39,438 bases of DNA from a virus. Lineage: Duplodnaviria; Caudoviricetes. Below the pieces are notes generated by a model, which did no database searches, had not been told where the DNA came from, and was given only the letters and a program-made list of their open reading frames with translations. The DNA is taken from positions 1-39,438 of the IMG/VR virus record IMGVR_UViG_3300025251_001740; one strand, 5' to 3'. Of the stretch, positions 18,595-31,379 are shown in pieces. Numbering within the stretch: the first letter of the stretch is position 1; each line of letters starts with the position of its first letter. Made by a program: the position numbers and the translations under genes.

Positions 18595-21500
18595 TTAATT
18601 ACCTTCCCAAACCATAGATAACGCCGTAAAAGAATCCCCTTGGGAAGTAATCGTCCAACTATAATAAGTAGGACATGTTACTACACCAACCCATCCCATT
18701 GTACTAGTTTTTCGTTGAGCATAATTTGTAGTTTCATAGTTAAAAGCTATATCGCCACCATGTCCATCTGCTTCGTTACAAGAGATAGGGTCACATTCTA
18801 ATTGTGCGATTCCCTTCCAAGTTTGTCTCCTGTACCATTTGTATTTGGCTATAAAGTTTGCACCCCCATCAATTCTTTCTGGGCCACCTTCAATAGCTTG
18901 CCATATAATATTATTAGCATTTCCTCCTGTAGGAGTCGATGCTACAACACCTAATGCATTAACCGACCCATCAGTTTGAAGATTTATAGCATCAATAAAT
19001 TGCTGAACTCTATTAGTTGTAAAACCCCCACTCATGGTACTATTGTTGAATTTATATTGCCAACATACAGGATTATCTTCATTTTCAAAGACATACGAAA
19101 TAATTATACCTCCTTGGTAAGGACTTCCATCTGTAGCAGGACCCTCAGCCGTAGCGGTTACATATGAAATTCCTCCGGGATAAGCACCTGATATAGCCGA
19201 ACCTACAAGAGCAGGATTAAATGTTAGTTTTATCCCATCAAAGATATCAGACGAATCCTCTGTAAATACATTTTCATAGTAAGGATTAGCACTAGAAAAT
19301 TTTGTTTTAGAACCTCCATCAGAACAACCTTGTAGAGTGGATTCTTCACTATAAGGTCGTGTTGTAACACCACAAGATTCACTAAAGTTACACCTTAGGT
19401 CCTCAAATTCTATTTCACAAGTTATATGAAGTTCACAGAAAGGATTCCACTGGGAGGATTGGAAAGCTGGCTCTACTGTTCCTGTTATAGAGAGATAGTA
19501 TCCCTCCGTACAATCCTCACAACCAGAATCTTCCGCATAGGCAACCCACGGAGCAGTTACAGTTACAGGAAGAGGTTTAACTATAGGATTAGTACAAGGA
19601 GTTAGTTGTTCGATTCCTTCTGTACAACAACCATCTATGGTGTAATCAGTAAGAGTATATACGAATGTTCCCGAACCAGCATGCAATATAGCATTAGAAT
19701 CTATATCGTGGTACCACATTGCAAGATCATCGGGATCAATTGTATCAGGAAATAACGTTTTAAGTCTTGTAGTTAAAGGTTGATCTCCAAAGAACCCAGG
19801 TTCACTGCCTCCGTTCACTTCAACAAAGCCGTCTTCCATCATGATCCCTCCCTCATGCCACTCAGGATCTTGAAGGGGAGTAGTTTTACCGTAGGCACCA
19901 GCATGCCACATATGGGCATAAAAGATGTCTATTGAATTATCATAAATAAGATCCCAAGGAGAAGCCACATGATGCATGAAGAATGGTGTTTTCATTGACC
20001 CTTTAGGTATACCCGCGTGTGGACCATTATCATGATAGGCAGCACCTGTTCCATATCCCAAAGATTCGGGATGAGGATCAGTGGTAGACCAACCATCTGA
20101 AGCAATTAAGTCAACTTCGTTCCATCCGGTTATAGTTAAAATCCCAATATCGACTTCATTATCTGCTAAGAAATCTATAGGAGGAGGCACAGAATACTCT
20201 CCACTCCCTTCTGCCCATACCTTAAAACTTTGACAAAGAACATTTCCATTTAAAACTAAGGGGAAAGGAAAACCTACAAAAGTTTGGACGGAAGGGAATG
20301 TCTCCAGACACCCACTATTAATTGCAGTTACAAACCTTGTACCTTCTCCAAAACAACCTTGGAGTACACAGGACGAATAACAAGAACCACAAGGACCTTG
20401 ATGCCCTAACATCAGACACTTGTTGCCAGATGTTTCAGTAGACCATCTGTTCCCCCAATGACCAACCCAATACAGCGGTTGAGCATACCATCCGTGAGCA
20501 TCCCATATATTATCTCGTGTCGCACAGTGATGATAGTACTCATTGGCACACCAAGGTTCACTATCATAATACGAGTTCCCGCCTACGTCATCGCTAGCAC
20601 AATTTCTGCTGTAATTTACTCCGAGACCATAAAAGAAGCTCAAAAGAGCTTCTGGACAACAAGTTTCAGATTTAATGCAGTTCCCTTCTGGTGGTTCTGG
20701 ACAATCTTGTGTGGAATCAGGATCTAAAGGAGGCAATATGTTACCATCACAAAATCGGTGTGCGCAATTAAGATCTACCGAGAAAAGAGTGTCGTTAGGA
20801 TAATGTTCATGAAGAAGCGTTGCCGAAATAATTCCTGTAGAGGACCAACCCAGTTCATCTTGCCAAACTTGAGGTATAGGCAGTCCCAAAACTTCACCTA
20901 ATTCTGTGACTGTATCTACGGGTTTACAATTCCAATTTTCATTCCGACAACAATTACCATCGTTTTGATAATAATCTATAACTTCTGCGGGCCAACATCT
21001 AGGAGTATTATTTTGTAGACCACAATCCGACATTGGATTCTGCCATACAAGACCCCCATCACTATCACCCATTTCCCAAACACTACCTGGAAACCTTTCT
21101 TCACAAGGTGGAAATGAGCCTCCCCCACCGGGAGGAACCCCAGGACAACCCAAATTTTGACATGATATTTCTTCACACTGAATGAAATTATTTCTTAGAA
21201 AGTCCTCGTCCCAATCGGGAGTGTAATCAAGATCTGAAACTACATAGATACCTGCACTATTAATTTTTTGGATCCCCTTTTGACAGTCATCATCATCTGG
21301 TAGTAATTCTTCATAGTACAATCTAGAGGTTTCACAATCTGTACACCCACAAAATCCACTACCATTTGTAACCTCTGGATCATTAGCGGGATCATAAACT
21401 ATACCCGCTTTGTCGGAACCCAATTGGGCACATTCATCAGCATCAAAATCAGTATAAATATTTTGTGCTAAAACAGGATCTATAGAAAAGGGTTTTATAT

Positions 21501-22667
21501 CAAAGATATCAACTAGATACTTGATTCCTTTGTTTTCAAAATACAAAAAGGCTAACAACGAAAAACCAGAAGTGTTCGTCCAAACAGAAGTAGGAGGAGG
21601 AATAAGAGGATCTGGAAATTTAATCCAAACTTGTGGGTCTACATCGGGATCTGCACCTATACAACAATCACATTTTGATTCGTCTGCAAAGGGAGGACCC
21701 GTTGATCCTGTATCCCCTGTCTCCCCTGTCTCCCCTGTTGAACCTAGTGTTCCCGTGTCTCCCCTTGCTCCTCTCGGACCAGTTGATCCCGTAGATCCTG
21801 TATCTCCTCGTGGACCAGCAGATCCCACAGGTGCAAATTTTCCTCCAATACCCGTCTCTCCGGGGTATCCTTTTGGTCCCGGTCTCCCCATAAAACCTCG
21901 TGGTCCTCTTGGTCCTGTTGATCCTGTGTCTCCAGTTTCACCTGTAGGTCCCGCAGTAGTACCCGAAGAGCTTCCTCCTACAAAATCTATAAGATACTGA
22001 CCTCCATGATCTTGGGCAGGATAATAGTCGATATGAGTTATTACGGTATTTCCTGCTGTACCTGCAGTAAGTTGTGTGAGTTTTACCTTCCAATAAGGAC
22101 CACCCCACTCGTTATCTGTACCCTCAACAACACCTGCATCCTCCACAAAGAAGTCTGCACTAGCAATAGCATTCCAAGCGACTACCATATTTCCGGCAGT
22201 TATTTGATTACCATATAAGGTATTATGATCAGCCTCAAAATCAGCACCAGGACCGCATTCAATTTCGTAATAAGAAGGAGATCCATCAGTAGGAATAATC
22301 TGCCATTTATCTCCACCAAGCATATTGGATTGGGTTATTACTATGTATCCTTCTGCAAGACCATCATCGGGACCATCCTCTCCCGGAATTCCCAGAAGTC
22401 CCGGAGGTCCTTGAGGTCCTACAAGTTCTTCTGCTGGTTCGTCGTCTCCGACATTAACAACAGAGGGAGGCATTTGTTCTTCAATAATATTGAATTGGGC
22501 ATCCGAAAACCACGAGGGTCCTTTTTGATACCTTTGAAAGGGATATCCCCACCTCCCCTGTAATGTGGAGTCCCTCTCCCGTTTCATCTTAAATCCCTCT
22601 TTCATGCTCTCTAACAGAAGAGGGGAAAGTTCATGTGCGTATTCAAGACTATGGAGTATAGAGGAAC

Positions 22668-22671
<4 letters not shown>
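18595..22671 (-). CDS. Collagen-like, Cys-rich tail fibre/receptor-binding protein
   Basis: 1358 aa; two G-X-Y segments near the N-terminus, then a long acidic Cys-rich region; ATGA overlap with the upstream gene. Confidence 0.7.
21691..21951 (-). repeat. Collagen G-X-Y repeat block, Thr-rich
   Basis: [16 protein letters not shown]... translation; 9-bp tandem ctcccctgt units near 21710-21740. Confidence 0.9.
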
Positions 22672-23304
<633 letters not shown>

Positions 23305-23318
<14 letters not shown>

Positions 23319-25938
23319 ACAGACCACCGTACCTGTTTCGGTTGTCTACGGTATCCTTCTCGTATGATTTAGGTACACGATTCTGCATAAAGGTAAAGTA
23401 GTCCATTGCAGTTTTCATCGCAGACTTAAAGTTAATCATCAACATTGCATGTTGTGCTTTTGTAACACGACGAGCACCCACAAGTAAATTCATTGCTGCA
23501 CCTTGAGATACTGCCTCTACTACCGCACCAAAGTGAGCGGGCACAACTTCATAAACCACAGAGGTAGAACCAAAACCAGCGGAATTAACACATACACTTC
23601 TGAAATTAACACGACGAGAAGTTTCAGTATAACCATTAATTATTTTTTCCTCTATAATCCCAATAGAATTAATAATTCTAATAGTGCTTCCAACATAGAT
23701 ATCTCTTCTCCTATCCAAGTCTCCTAACGCATTAGAACTCCACGCATTATTAGTTAGATCAAGACTTAAACCATCAGCAGCAAGTGAACCATCTTCTGCA
23801 TAGTGAGGTTTGACATCGTTTGTAGATATGTACCAAATCTCATATGTTTGTGCTGTTTGGGGGTAGGGTCTAATTGAAAGGCTATTACCTTCAAGACTCC
23901 AATTTGGTCCTCTCGTACTAAACTGATTACGAGGCATTATTTCTTTTGAAATTCTTCCGTCTGCTTCAAGTATTACAATCCTTATGATTTCTCCAATAGA
24001 AGCAGGAAGATCATAGTATTGTTGATTGGCAACAGTAATAAGGTTGTATTTATTTATAATGTAATCACTAGAGGTATTTTGAACTCGAGACATGACCCTG
24101 CTATACTCAGGTACGATACCGTGCCTAAAAATAAAATCGTCAGAGTAATCAAGTTCTTTAGCAATATCGCGAATAATAGTCTTGGTTTTCTCAAGTACCA
24201 TGTGGAGATGGGAATTTGGATTTGGAACTATGTCCAAAGCTCTCTTGTTTCTAATAGAAACCATAGAAGAAGAAAGTGCAGACTTCGCAGATTCCGCAAG
24301 AATAGCAAGATCTGCTTCTTGTACCCCGCCCTTCAATGCCATCAATTCCAATATTGCTTTAGCCACCACTGCACTCATTACAGTGTCTTGCCAAGGAGCA
24401 ACTATCTCATACGCAACTGTTGTCGAACCACCTATAGTTTGAAACGCTTCTGTAACCGAAACTCCTGGGGTAGCAGCACCATGAGACGCAATTGTTCTTT
24501 CAGAGATTGATCCGTTTGATTCGAATACTCTAAGGGTTGCTCCTACATAAGAATTGTCTCTTTTGTCAATTGTTCCAAGTAGTCTGGAGAATAGACCCCC
24601 ACTCGATAAGGTCAGGATTTTACCCGCAGAATCCAAAATTCCATCTTTAGCGTAGTGGGGTAAGAAATTTCCACTTGGTAAATACCAAAGTTGGTAACTT
24701 GAAAGGTCTCCTGTAGCAGGATTAGGACGAATAGAAATTCTGTTTCCTTCTACAGCCCAACCATTACCCTGAGGATCGTTATCATCTCTTTGACGAATCT
24801 CGTCACTAATCACACCTGTTGCAGAAATTTTAGCAAGTCTTAAAACCTTACCTATACAAGGGGGAAGGGCATAGTATTCTTGTTGGTTAACAAATGTAAA
24901 ACTATGACGATTTACTATCTGAGAATCATTACGACTATTTATAGACGAAATAACCTCCGCTAACTTAGGAACGATTGCAGATCTCATGATGTAATCATCA
25001 GACATTTTCTTCTCTACTTGCTCAGGAAGACCCCAACGAATTCTTTGCAGCATTGTATGAAGAACAGAGTCTTCTGGGGATACAGCTTTATTCTGTACTT
25101 TACTTGCAGTTAAAACCATTGAAGTCTGGAGGGATAAAGCAAACTGCTCCTTGAGATATGCCATTTGCTTTTCGGTAATGTTCCTAGCAACACCAAGGTT
25201 CATTGCAGAAGCTATGGCAATCGTTTGCCAAATTTGTCCCATATATTCAGGTACAATTTCGTATCTCAAGGTATCTGCAACAGGAATATCTGTAGTACCA
25301 AATGCCGTACGGACAGTTACCACTCTTGTTGAAACATCATATCCTGATATGACTTGCTCTTGGATTATCGTATTAGCAGCGTTCCATACTCGAAGTACTC
25401 CTCCTATATAAGCACCCTCTCTTCGATCATAATCTCCTACATCAGGAGCAGCATCTAATGTGAATGTTAGTGCTCCCGAGATAAGTGTTCCACCGTCTGC
25501 ACTGTAATGAGGTATAAAGTCACCAGAAGGTGTATACCAAACTTCATATCCTGCAGTATCTGGAGTCCAATCAGGACGGATGTGTAAATCTCTACCGTCG
25601 AGATGCCAACCTGGACCACGAGGGTCTGTTTCGTCTCGCTTTGCTATATCATCTAATACAGTCCCGTCATCATTTAGTTTAGTGATCCTGTGAACGATCC
25701 CTACATTAGGAGGAAGTTCTATACTCGTATTAGTATCTTCAAGGCTATCCAACGAAAATTTACAGAGGATAGGTTCATCTCTCTGTTGATTAATAGCCGT
25801 AATGACATTGACCATCTCCGGCTCAATAATATGCCTTACCAGAAAATCATTTGTATATTTAGCGTCAAGAGTAGGATCGTCCAAATAGGTACGAATCCTC
25901 TCAATTGTAGTCATTAATATTGAACTAGAACTATCCAT
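23305..25938 (-). CDS. Putative head-tail adaptor/ring protein built from three tandem ~285-aa repeats
   Basis: Three copies of LP..(I/V)G, G..W..(D/E)G....IRP, Y..WY, PHY, D(R/K)R...Y(I/V)G, YE(I/V)V; lies between capsid and tail genes. Confidence 0.65.
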
Positions 25939-26476
25939 GAGTAATTATCCTGCCCTTTGAAAAACTATTAAGGTCTTCAGTAAGTTCGCTGTCTCCCTTA
26001 CTATAATGCACCTTCGAATTTTGTAAAGATATCGCTTCCACTTCCATACCCTTTCGTTTGAGATGCCTTACCATCTGATCCTTCCTCTCATATCCCTCTT
26101 GCTTTTCTCTTTGAGAATCACGCTTTTCTGCTTGAGATTTTAGTCTGCGTTCCATAAATTCCTCTTCTTTATCTACAGCACGGCATCTAAGTTTGATTGC
26201 TTCAGTAGGAATCCAACCCCCACGATCTGGGGGTATAGGCATTGTTTCCAGTTCTAAACATATAGGCTTATCGACTTCTGAAGGGGGATATATCCAGTGT
26301 GCTAATACAAAGTTTTCTGTAATAGCATGTCGATATACAAAGAGATCCTCTCTCTCTGTTTCTCTGCGAATATGTTGGATCCAATCCCCATCAGGCATAA
26401 TCTTGTGTTCTCCTCCCAATTGGAGTCCTGTATTAATTGCTTCTTCATACGGATTGTAAAGTATCTCTATATCCAT
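25931..26476 (-). CDS. Hypothetical protein downstream of capsid
   Basis: Start placed at MDIEIL (26476) because the longer frame runs through a terminator hairpin; 8-nt overlap with the next gene. Confidence 0.65.
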   Translation of the reverse strand: MDIEILYNPYEEAINTGLQLGGEHKIMPDGDWIQHIRRETEREDLFVYRHAITENFVLAHWIYPPSEVDKPICLELETMPIPPDRGGWIPTEAIKLRCRAVDKEEEFMERRLKSQAEKRDSQREKQEGYERKDQMVRHLKRKGMEVEAISLQNSKVHYSKGDSELTEDLNSFSKGRIITHG

Positions 26477-26491
26477 TCCACAAGTATACCA
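26477..26491 (-). promoter_or_regulatory. Putative extended -10 promoter (TGgTATACT) for a leaderless transcript
   Basis: Minus strand reads TG-G-TATACT (26491-26483), tgtgga, ATG (26476). Confidence 0.5.
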
Positions 26492-26528
26492 AAAGAAAGA
26501 GGGTCCACCATACTCGGCAGACCCTCTT
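26491..26528 (-). terminator. Intrinsic terminator after major capsid gene
   Basis: AAGAGGGUCUGCC-GAGUAU-GGUGGACCCUCUU 13-bp stem (two G.U) followed by UCUUUU. Confidence 0.8.
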
Positions 26529-26555
26529 CCCAACACAGGAGGATATATTTACGGA

Positions 26556-28169
26556 TTAGTTGTCGCTGTAAAGCTTGTCTTGCGTCACACCAGACAATTT
26601 AATGCCTGCAGGTTGGTCAGGAACCAACTGCATCCTCATTTGACCAGGCATTTGAACACCTTCGGTTACAAGTGTATTGTTACCTTGGGAGTCATAGATC
26701 GGAAGTTTATTCGAACCCGTACCGGTGAGTGCACCAGCAATGAATTCAAACGGAACACCCGTTCCTGCTTGAGAAAAACTACTTGCTCCAGCAATTGAAG
26801 GCGGCACATAACGTTTCCAGTTATTTCCACCTTTTCGGATTCCGTATACGGTATTGTCTTCAACATAAGTTGAAGTGTAGCCAGTATATGTTCGTCCATC
26901 AAAGGAGAATTTGAAGCCTTCATTTGAACCTTCACTAGTCACGCTTGAGAGCTTACCAGTTCGGTCAATGATTTCACGACCAATTTTCGTTGACTCGTAG
27001 TTCAACCAAACACCATCAGAGGCGATCAAGCAGTCAATATATTGACCGTACTTGTTTTTGGCTGCGTGGAATCGACGCAAATATTGACGGAGTTTGTGTT
27101 CAGTAAGAACACCAACACTGCCTTTAGTGAAACTTTTAAACTCTGGATGAACCGTGAGATCGATTTGGTTATTCGTATCACGATCATCACCCAATAGGTA
27201 CTTATCGTTGTCACCTGACGCACCTGATTTTAGCCAACTGTTTACGCCAGCAAAACCAGTGAATGCACTAGTAGCATCTGACGAATCTGTCATGCTTGTA
27301 TCACTACCAGCATATACAACTAACATATCATTAGCTATATTAGCCCCAACCCAAGCATCGGGATCAACTGTGGAGAAGAGTGTAACCGTTCCCTTAAGTT
27401 CATCTACACTTGAGATAAATGTAGGTACTCGCGTGGAGGCTACTCCCGAAGCTCCACCATCAGATTGGTCAGCATCAGTAGACGTAGTATCATTAGCGCG
27501 TTTTGCGAATGATGCAGTGTAAACATCAACTCGTTGACCAACATAGTATCGGTCTACAGCACCGTTTCCGGGTGTAAATGTAACTTCTCTACCACCAGTT
27601 GCAACAACACTTGCTACTTTACTTGTAATTGTACTTATTTGGTAACTGTCGTTTTGACTTAAGTACCAATAGTTACATAGAGTGTGAGCTATATTACGAC
27701 CAAAACCTTCCAACTTAGGAGCAATAACTTCACCAATAAATGATGGAGTTGCTTCTGCTTGCATTTCACCAAGAGTGAACATGATGTTAGACATCATGGA
27801 ACGCATACCAATACCGAGACGGAATGGCATTGCGTTTGGACCATCTAGTGGTGAGGGCCAAGTTTGTGAAAGATTTTGCGTATATAGACGTGCACCGTAT
27901 TGATCGGTGTCGTCACCATAAAGAGAGACATCCCCTTTCGGTTTACCTTGTTCAAGAACACCAGCCATAGAACCCATATAAACCTTTAAGATTTTTAGGT
28001 CACGTCCGAGTGCATCAGTAGGGCCAACCCCTTGGCTTGTGGAAATAAGATCTTGCCAAATAGGGTCTAAACCGGGGAGGAAAATCTCAATATTTTTATT
28101 AATGACTTCTTCAATTCGTTCCTCGTGGAGATCAAACATGGCTCCAGTAGGAGAAAATTTTGCAGGCAT
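26556..28169 (-). CDS. Major capsid protein (putative)
   Basis: 537 aa after portal and scaffold; SD AAAGGA; followed by a strong terminator. Confidence 0.75.
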   Translation of the reverse strand: MPAKFSPTGAMFDLHEERIEEVINKNIEIFLPGLDPIWQDLISTSQGVGPTDALGRDLKILKVYMGSMAGVLEQGKPKGDVSLYGDDTDQYGARLYTQNLSQTWPSPLDGPNAMPFRLGIGMRSMMSNIMFTLGEMQAEATPSFIGEVIAPKLEGFGRNIAHTLCNYWYLSQNDSYQISTITSKVASVVATGGREVTFTPGNGAVDRYYVGQRVDVYTASFAKRANDTTSTDADQSDGGASGVASTRVPTFISSVDELKGTVTLFSTVDPDAWVGANIANDMLVVYAGSDTSMTDSSDATSAFTGFAGVNSWLKSGASGDNDKYLLGDDRDTNNQIDLTVHPEFKSFTKGSVGVLTEHKLRQYLRRFHAAKNKYGQYIDCLIASDGVWLNYESTKIGREIIDRTGKLSSVTSEGSNEGFKFSFDGRTYTGYTSTYVEDNTVYGIRKGGNNWKRYVPPSIAGASSFSQAGTGVPFEFIAGALTGTGSNKLPIYDSQGNNTLVTEGVQMPGQMRMQLVPDQPAGIKLSGVTQDKLYSDN

Positions 28170-28189
28170 CTTGAGATTCCTTTACTTTT

Positions 28190-29110
28190 CTAAGCTTTCG
28201 ATTTTCCTCCAGAGGCACCCTCTCGGGCTCCCCTAAGTAATGTGTCGAGTGTCCAATCATGAGACTTCACAGAAAGCGCGCCCATGTCATCACCCTTTTC
28301 AAACTCAGGAGGATCAACTGGAGGTTTATTAAACAAACTATCACTATCTGTTGCTGTTTCCGGTGAACGCTGGATTTTATCCGGATCACCGATTACCGAA
28401 CGAAATTTATCATACACAAATTTGGTGGCTTTACCAGCCTCTTCATCAAACCAATTTGCATTAAAGGTTTCTCCTGAGGCCCTCCTTTTCTTGAGGTTAT
28501 CCATCATAGCGGATTCTACCTCTTTCATAAGGATTTGTTGTCTACTATTATCCCCTTCCTCAGAAAGAGACATTAGTTTTTTCATGTCAGTATCTTCATG
28601 AAATACTCTTCTTAAAGAGTTATCAAGATCTTTCTTCATCATCTCTGCACCCAACCGAGATTGCTTTTGTTCTATGTCTGCTATTCTTTGGTTGTCTTGT
28701 TCTTGCATCATTGCTTGTTCCTGATTATATGGTTCAGCCGGAATATTTGTTTCAGGGGCATATTGTTCTTGAGGAACGTTCTCATAATCTACTGCCTCCT
28801 GTGTTGCTTCTTTTGTCCAATTAACATACTCATCAATATCTGAGGGACTGTACCCTTCTTGAGTCATGAGAAACCTTACTGATTGTTCTCTTTGCTCTTC
28901 CGTGGATCCATGAGGACTAATTAATTGTCTTGCATTTTCATTGTACTCTCTAAGCCTTGCTGCTTCATCCCTAGTATTAATTAAATCTCTAACCGAAATC
29001 TCTTGACCATCAACCTTAACGGTTGAATCAAGATCTAAACTTGGTGGAGTGGGGGTCTCAGTAGCTTCTACTTGAGGTGTTTCTGGTGTTTCTTGTATTT
29101 CTTCGGGCAT
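28190..29110 (-). CDS. Capsid scaffolding protein (putative)
   Basis: Acidic, helical, E/P/T-rich N-terminus with VKVDGQEISVRDL; between portal and capsid. Confidence 0.7.
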   Translation of the reverse strand: MPEEIQETPETPQVEATETPTPPSLDLDSTVKVDGQEISVRDLINTRDEAARLREYNENARQLISPHGSTEEQREQSVRFLMTQEGYSPSDIDEYVNWTKEATQEAVDYENVPQEQYAPETNIPAEPYNQEQAMMQEQDNQRIADIEQKQSRLGAEMMKKDLDNSLRRVFHEDTDMKKLMSLSEEGDNSRQQILMKEVESAMMDNLKKRRASGETFNANWFDEEAGKATKFVYDKFRSVIGDPDKIQRSPETATDSDSLFNKPPVDPPEFEKGDDMGALSVKSHDWTLDTLLRGAREGASGGKSKA

Positions 29111-31120
29111 TTAAATTGCTCCTTGTTGTGGGAACGGCATTGGACCACCTTGACCCATACCCTCCATTGGTTGTTGCATCTCGGCTGCTTCCATTAGCGA
29201 AGGAACACCCTCCGGCATAACAGCTCCTGTAGACTGTATCATAAATTCTTTAAGTTTGATGAATTCGTTTTGAACTTCTGTACTTGCCACAGACATTATA
29301 GGGCTCGACATAAATGCAACCAAGACACGAAGTTGGAACTCTGGTGCAGCATTATGTGGGGTTAAAATAATTTGACCCGGATCTTGCCCGTCTCCGTAAA
29401 GAACTAAACAATTACGAACGATCATGTCATAAGCAGATTTTTCTTCTTCAATCCAAACCGCAAAGTCTAAACTCTCTTTAAGGATTAAAAGTTTAAAGGA
29501 ATCAGGATCTGATATTCCTGCTTTTAACATTTCAAGTGCTTCTTGCTTTCTAGCCACCATTGAACGGGGACTAGTTTCTTTAACAGTAACAGATACATTT
29601 TTAAGGGAAGGAAGAGGATTCGTTCCTTGGAATTGGATTTGACTATTCTCTGCATCGATTATGGCTCCTGCCATTTCGAGGTTTATACTGGTAATGGGGA
29701 TACTAATAGGTTTGTCTATTAGTTCTCTAACAGATCCCGCTAAGACTGCTCTATAACATCCTCGGAATGCTTGCTCTATACCTCTACTTGGATTAGTCAT
29801 AGTCTTACTAATTTGTTCATCCAAGAACGACAAACCCGCAGCGGAATCCACACGACCTTTTTCTCTAATAAGATCATGAACAGGATTCAATTTTTCCATC
29901 AGATCTTTAGCAAATGCAGCCGTCTTACCCGGAATGTCTCCCGAGTTGTGGGGTGTAATACTGAAAGGTCTAAATGTTTCAACTACTGGGTCTGGTTCAA
30001 AAGGTAGAACTCTAAGACCTTTTCCTACATCTCGTAACATAGCTCTATCATTAAATTGCCCTTGGGGCATTACAAGAACACCATACTTATCTGTATCTCT
30101 TACATTATTAAAGAGAGACTTAAGCAATGTCTCCATCTCACGACCTAGACTAAAGAGAAGATCAAATAGACCTGCACCATGAAAAGTTCCGTTTTCTATA
30201 AATCTTGCAAACCCTATGGGGCAATAAACTTCCATCTCATCGAATTCTTCGTCGTGCAATATGTGTTCTCCACTAGAGACTACATACCTTGTAACCGTGT
30301 CCCCCACTCCAAAGAGCCACAGTTCTCTAATTTTAACTACTGCGGTTTGTCCTCGCTTGGCTGCACTTCCGGGATTCTGTGTTCCTCTTTCACCGTCCCA
30401 ATACTTAACATCTTTGGATGAAGCATCTGTTCCTCCCGATGCACCAGATGCGTCTACCTCACCAATTTGTTGCTCCCACCACTCCATCTTATCTAGACTT
30501 CGGTTTAACTTCTTATCAAACATGTCTTCAAGAAATTGTAGAGGAACAGTTCGTTGTCTCATCATACCTCTAGCTTTAGTGTAATCTGTACCCAGAGAAG
30601 GGAAGGGATATAGTTCTCTAGGATGGATAACTTCAAGATCAGCGGTTAATCCAATAGTAGAAGAATTTATAATATGTCCCGCCATTCCACAAGAACCTAG
30701 AGAAGTAAAGATGTGTGCAAATTGAGTTTTAACTTTGTCTAAATGATCGTCTGGTACTACGTGATCCATAATAATCTGACCTATAGATCTCTCTCGAACA
30801 CTATTGAGGGAGATACCCTTACGGAAAACTTTAGGTCTTAGATCTAAAGCTGCTAATCTACCAGAAACCTTATCAATTGCTGATAACATCTCTTGAGATT
30901 GAAACTCCATGTTCCCGTCTTCATCTAAGTAGTGGGGGGATAACGCCCCACTATCAGGATCAAATACGTCAAATCGCCTAGCCCCATTTAGATAATGCCA
31001 AGCAAGCAACCACATAATACGACGATAAGATAAACGCGAATCTTCTCGGTCTGCATGTTCGTCAATTACTCTTGCTAGGTCTCTCGGATTTTTCGGTAGT
31101 TTTACCGTGTCTAGTGCCAC
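29111..31120 (-). CDS. Portal protein (putative, P22-like size)
   Basis: 669 aa after the terminase, helical, with Q/P/M/G-rich C-terminal tail. Confidence 0.75.
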   Translation of the reverse strand: MALDTVKLPKNPRDLARVIDEHADREDSRLSYRRIMWLLAWHYLNGARRFDVFDPDSGALSPHYLDEDGNMEFQSQEMLSAIDKVSGRLAALDLRPKVFRKGISLNSVRERSIGQIIMDHVVPDDHLDKVKTQFAHIFTSLGSCGMAGHIINSSTIGLTADLEVIHPRELYPFPSLGTDYTKARGMMRQRTVPLQFLEDMFDKKLNRSLDKMEWWEQQIGEVDASGASGGTDASSKDVKYWDGERGTQNPGSAAKRGQTAVVKIRELWLFGVGDTVTRYVVSSGEHILHDEEFDEMEVYCPIGFARFIENGTFHGAGLFDLLFSLGREMETLLKSLFNNVRDTDKYGVLVMPQGQFNDRAMLRDVGKGLRVLPFEPDPVVETFRPFSITPHNSGDIPGKTAAFAKDLMEKLNPVHDLIREKGRVDSAAGLSFLDEQISKTMTNPSRGIEQAFRGCYRAVLAGSVRELIDKPISIPITSINLEMAGAIIDAENSQIQFQGTNPLPSLKNVSVTVKETSPRSMVARKQEALEMLKAGISDPDSFKLLILKESLDFAVWIEEEKSAYDMIVRNCLVLYGDGQDPGQIILTPHNAAPEFQLRVLVAFMSSPIMSVASTEVQNEFIKLKEFMIQSTGAVMPEGVPSLMEAAEMQQPMEGMGQGGPMPFPQQGAI

Positions 31121-31379
31121 GTTCTTTAGCCTTTATTTTTTCTGCTGCAATTCCCCTTGGGATAAACCCCGGAGGCATCTCTGTTCCTATTGTAGTCTCT
31201 TTTAGATTTGATATTTCTGGTATCACCTCAGTATGTGAATTTTCGGGTGTAAATTGATATTGTGGATCCCCATCACGAGGTCCAGTACCATAGTAACATC
31301 TCATTAGTTTATCGAAAAATGCTAAGGGAACAACAACCGAATTCTTATGTTCATATTCTTGATGGGTTTCCGGAATCAT
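31062..31379 (-). CDS. Hypothetical protein between terminase and portal
   Basis: 105 aa; SD AGGAG; fills the gap and overlaps both neighbours. Confidence 0.6.
   Translation of the reverse strand: MIPETHQEYEHKNSVVVPLAFFDKLMRCYYGTGPRDGDPQYQFTPENSHTEVIPEISNLKETTIGTEMPPGFIPRGIAAEKIKAKERGTRHGKTTEKSERPSKSN

Noticed and set aside
26477-26536. Longer starts in the ORF track (26536, 36951, 36868, 16909, 16340, 6918)
   Set aside because: Extensions cross a terminator or overlap neighbours; downstream ATGs have SD, ATGA coupling or leaderless signals
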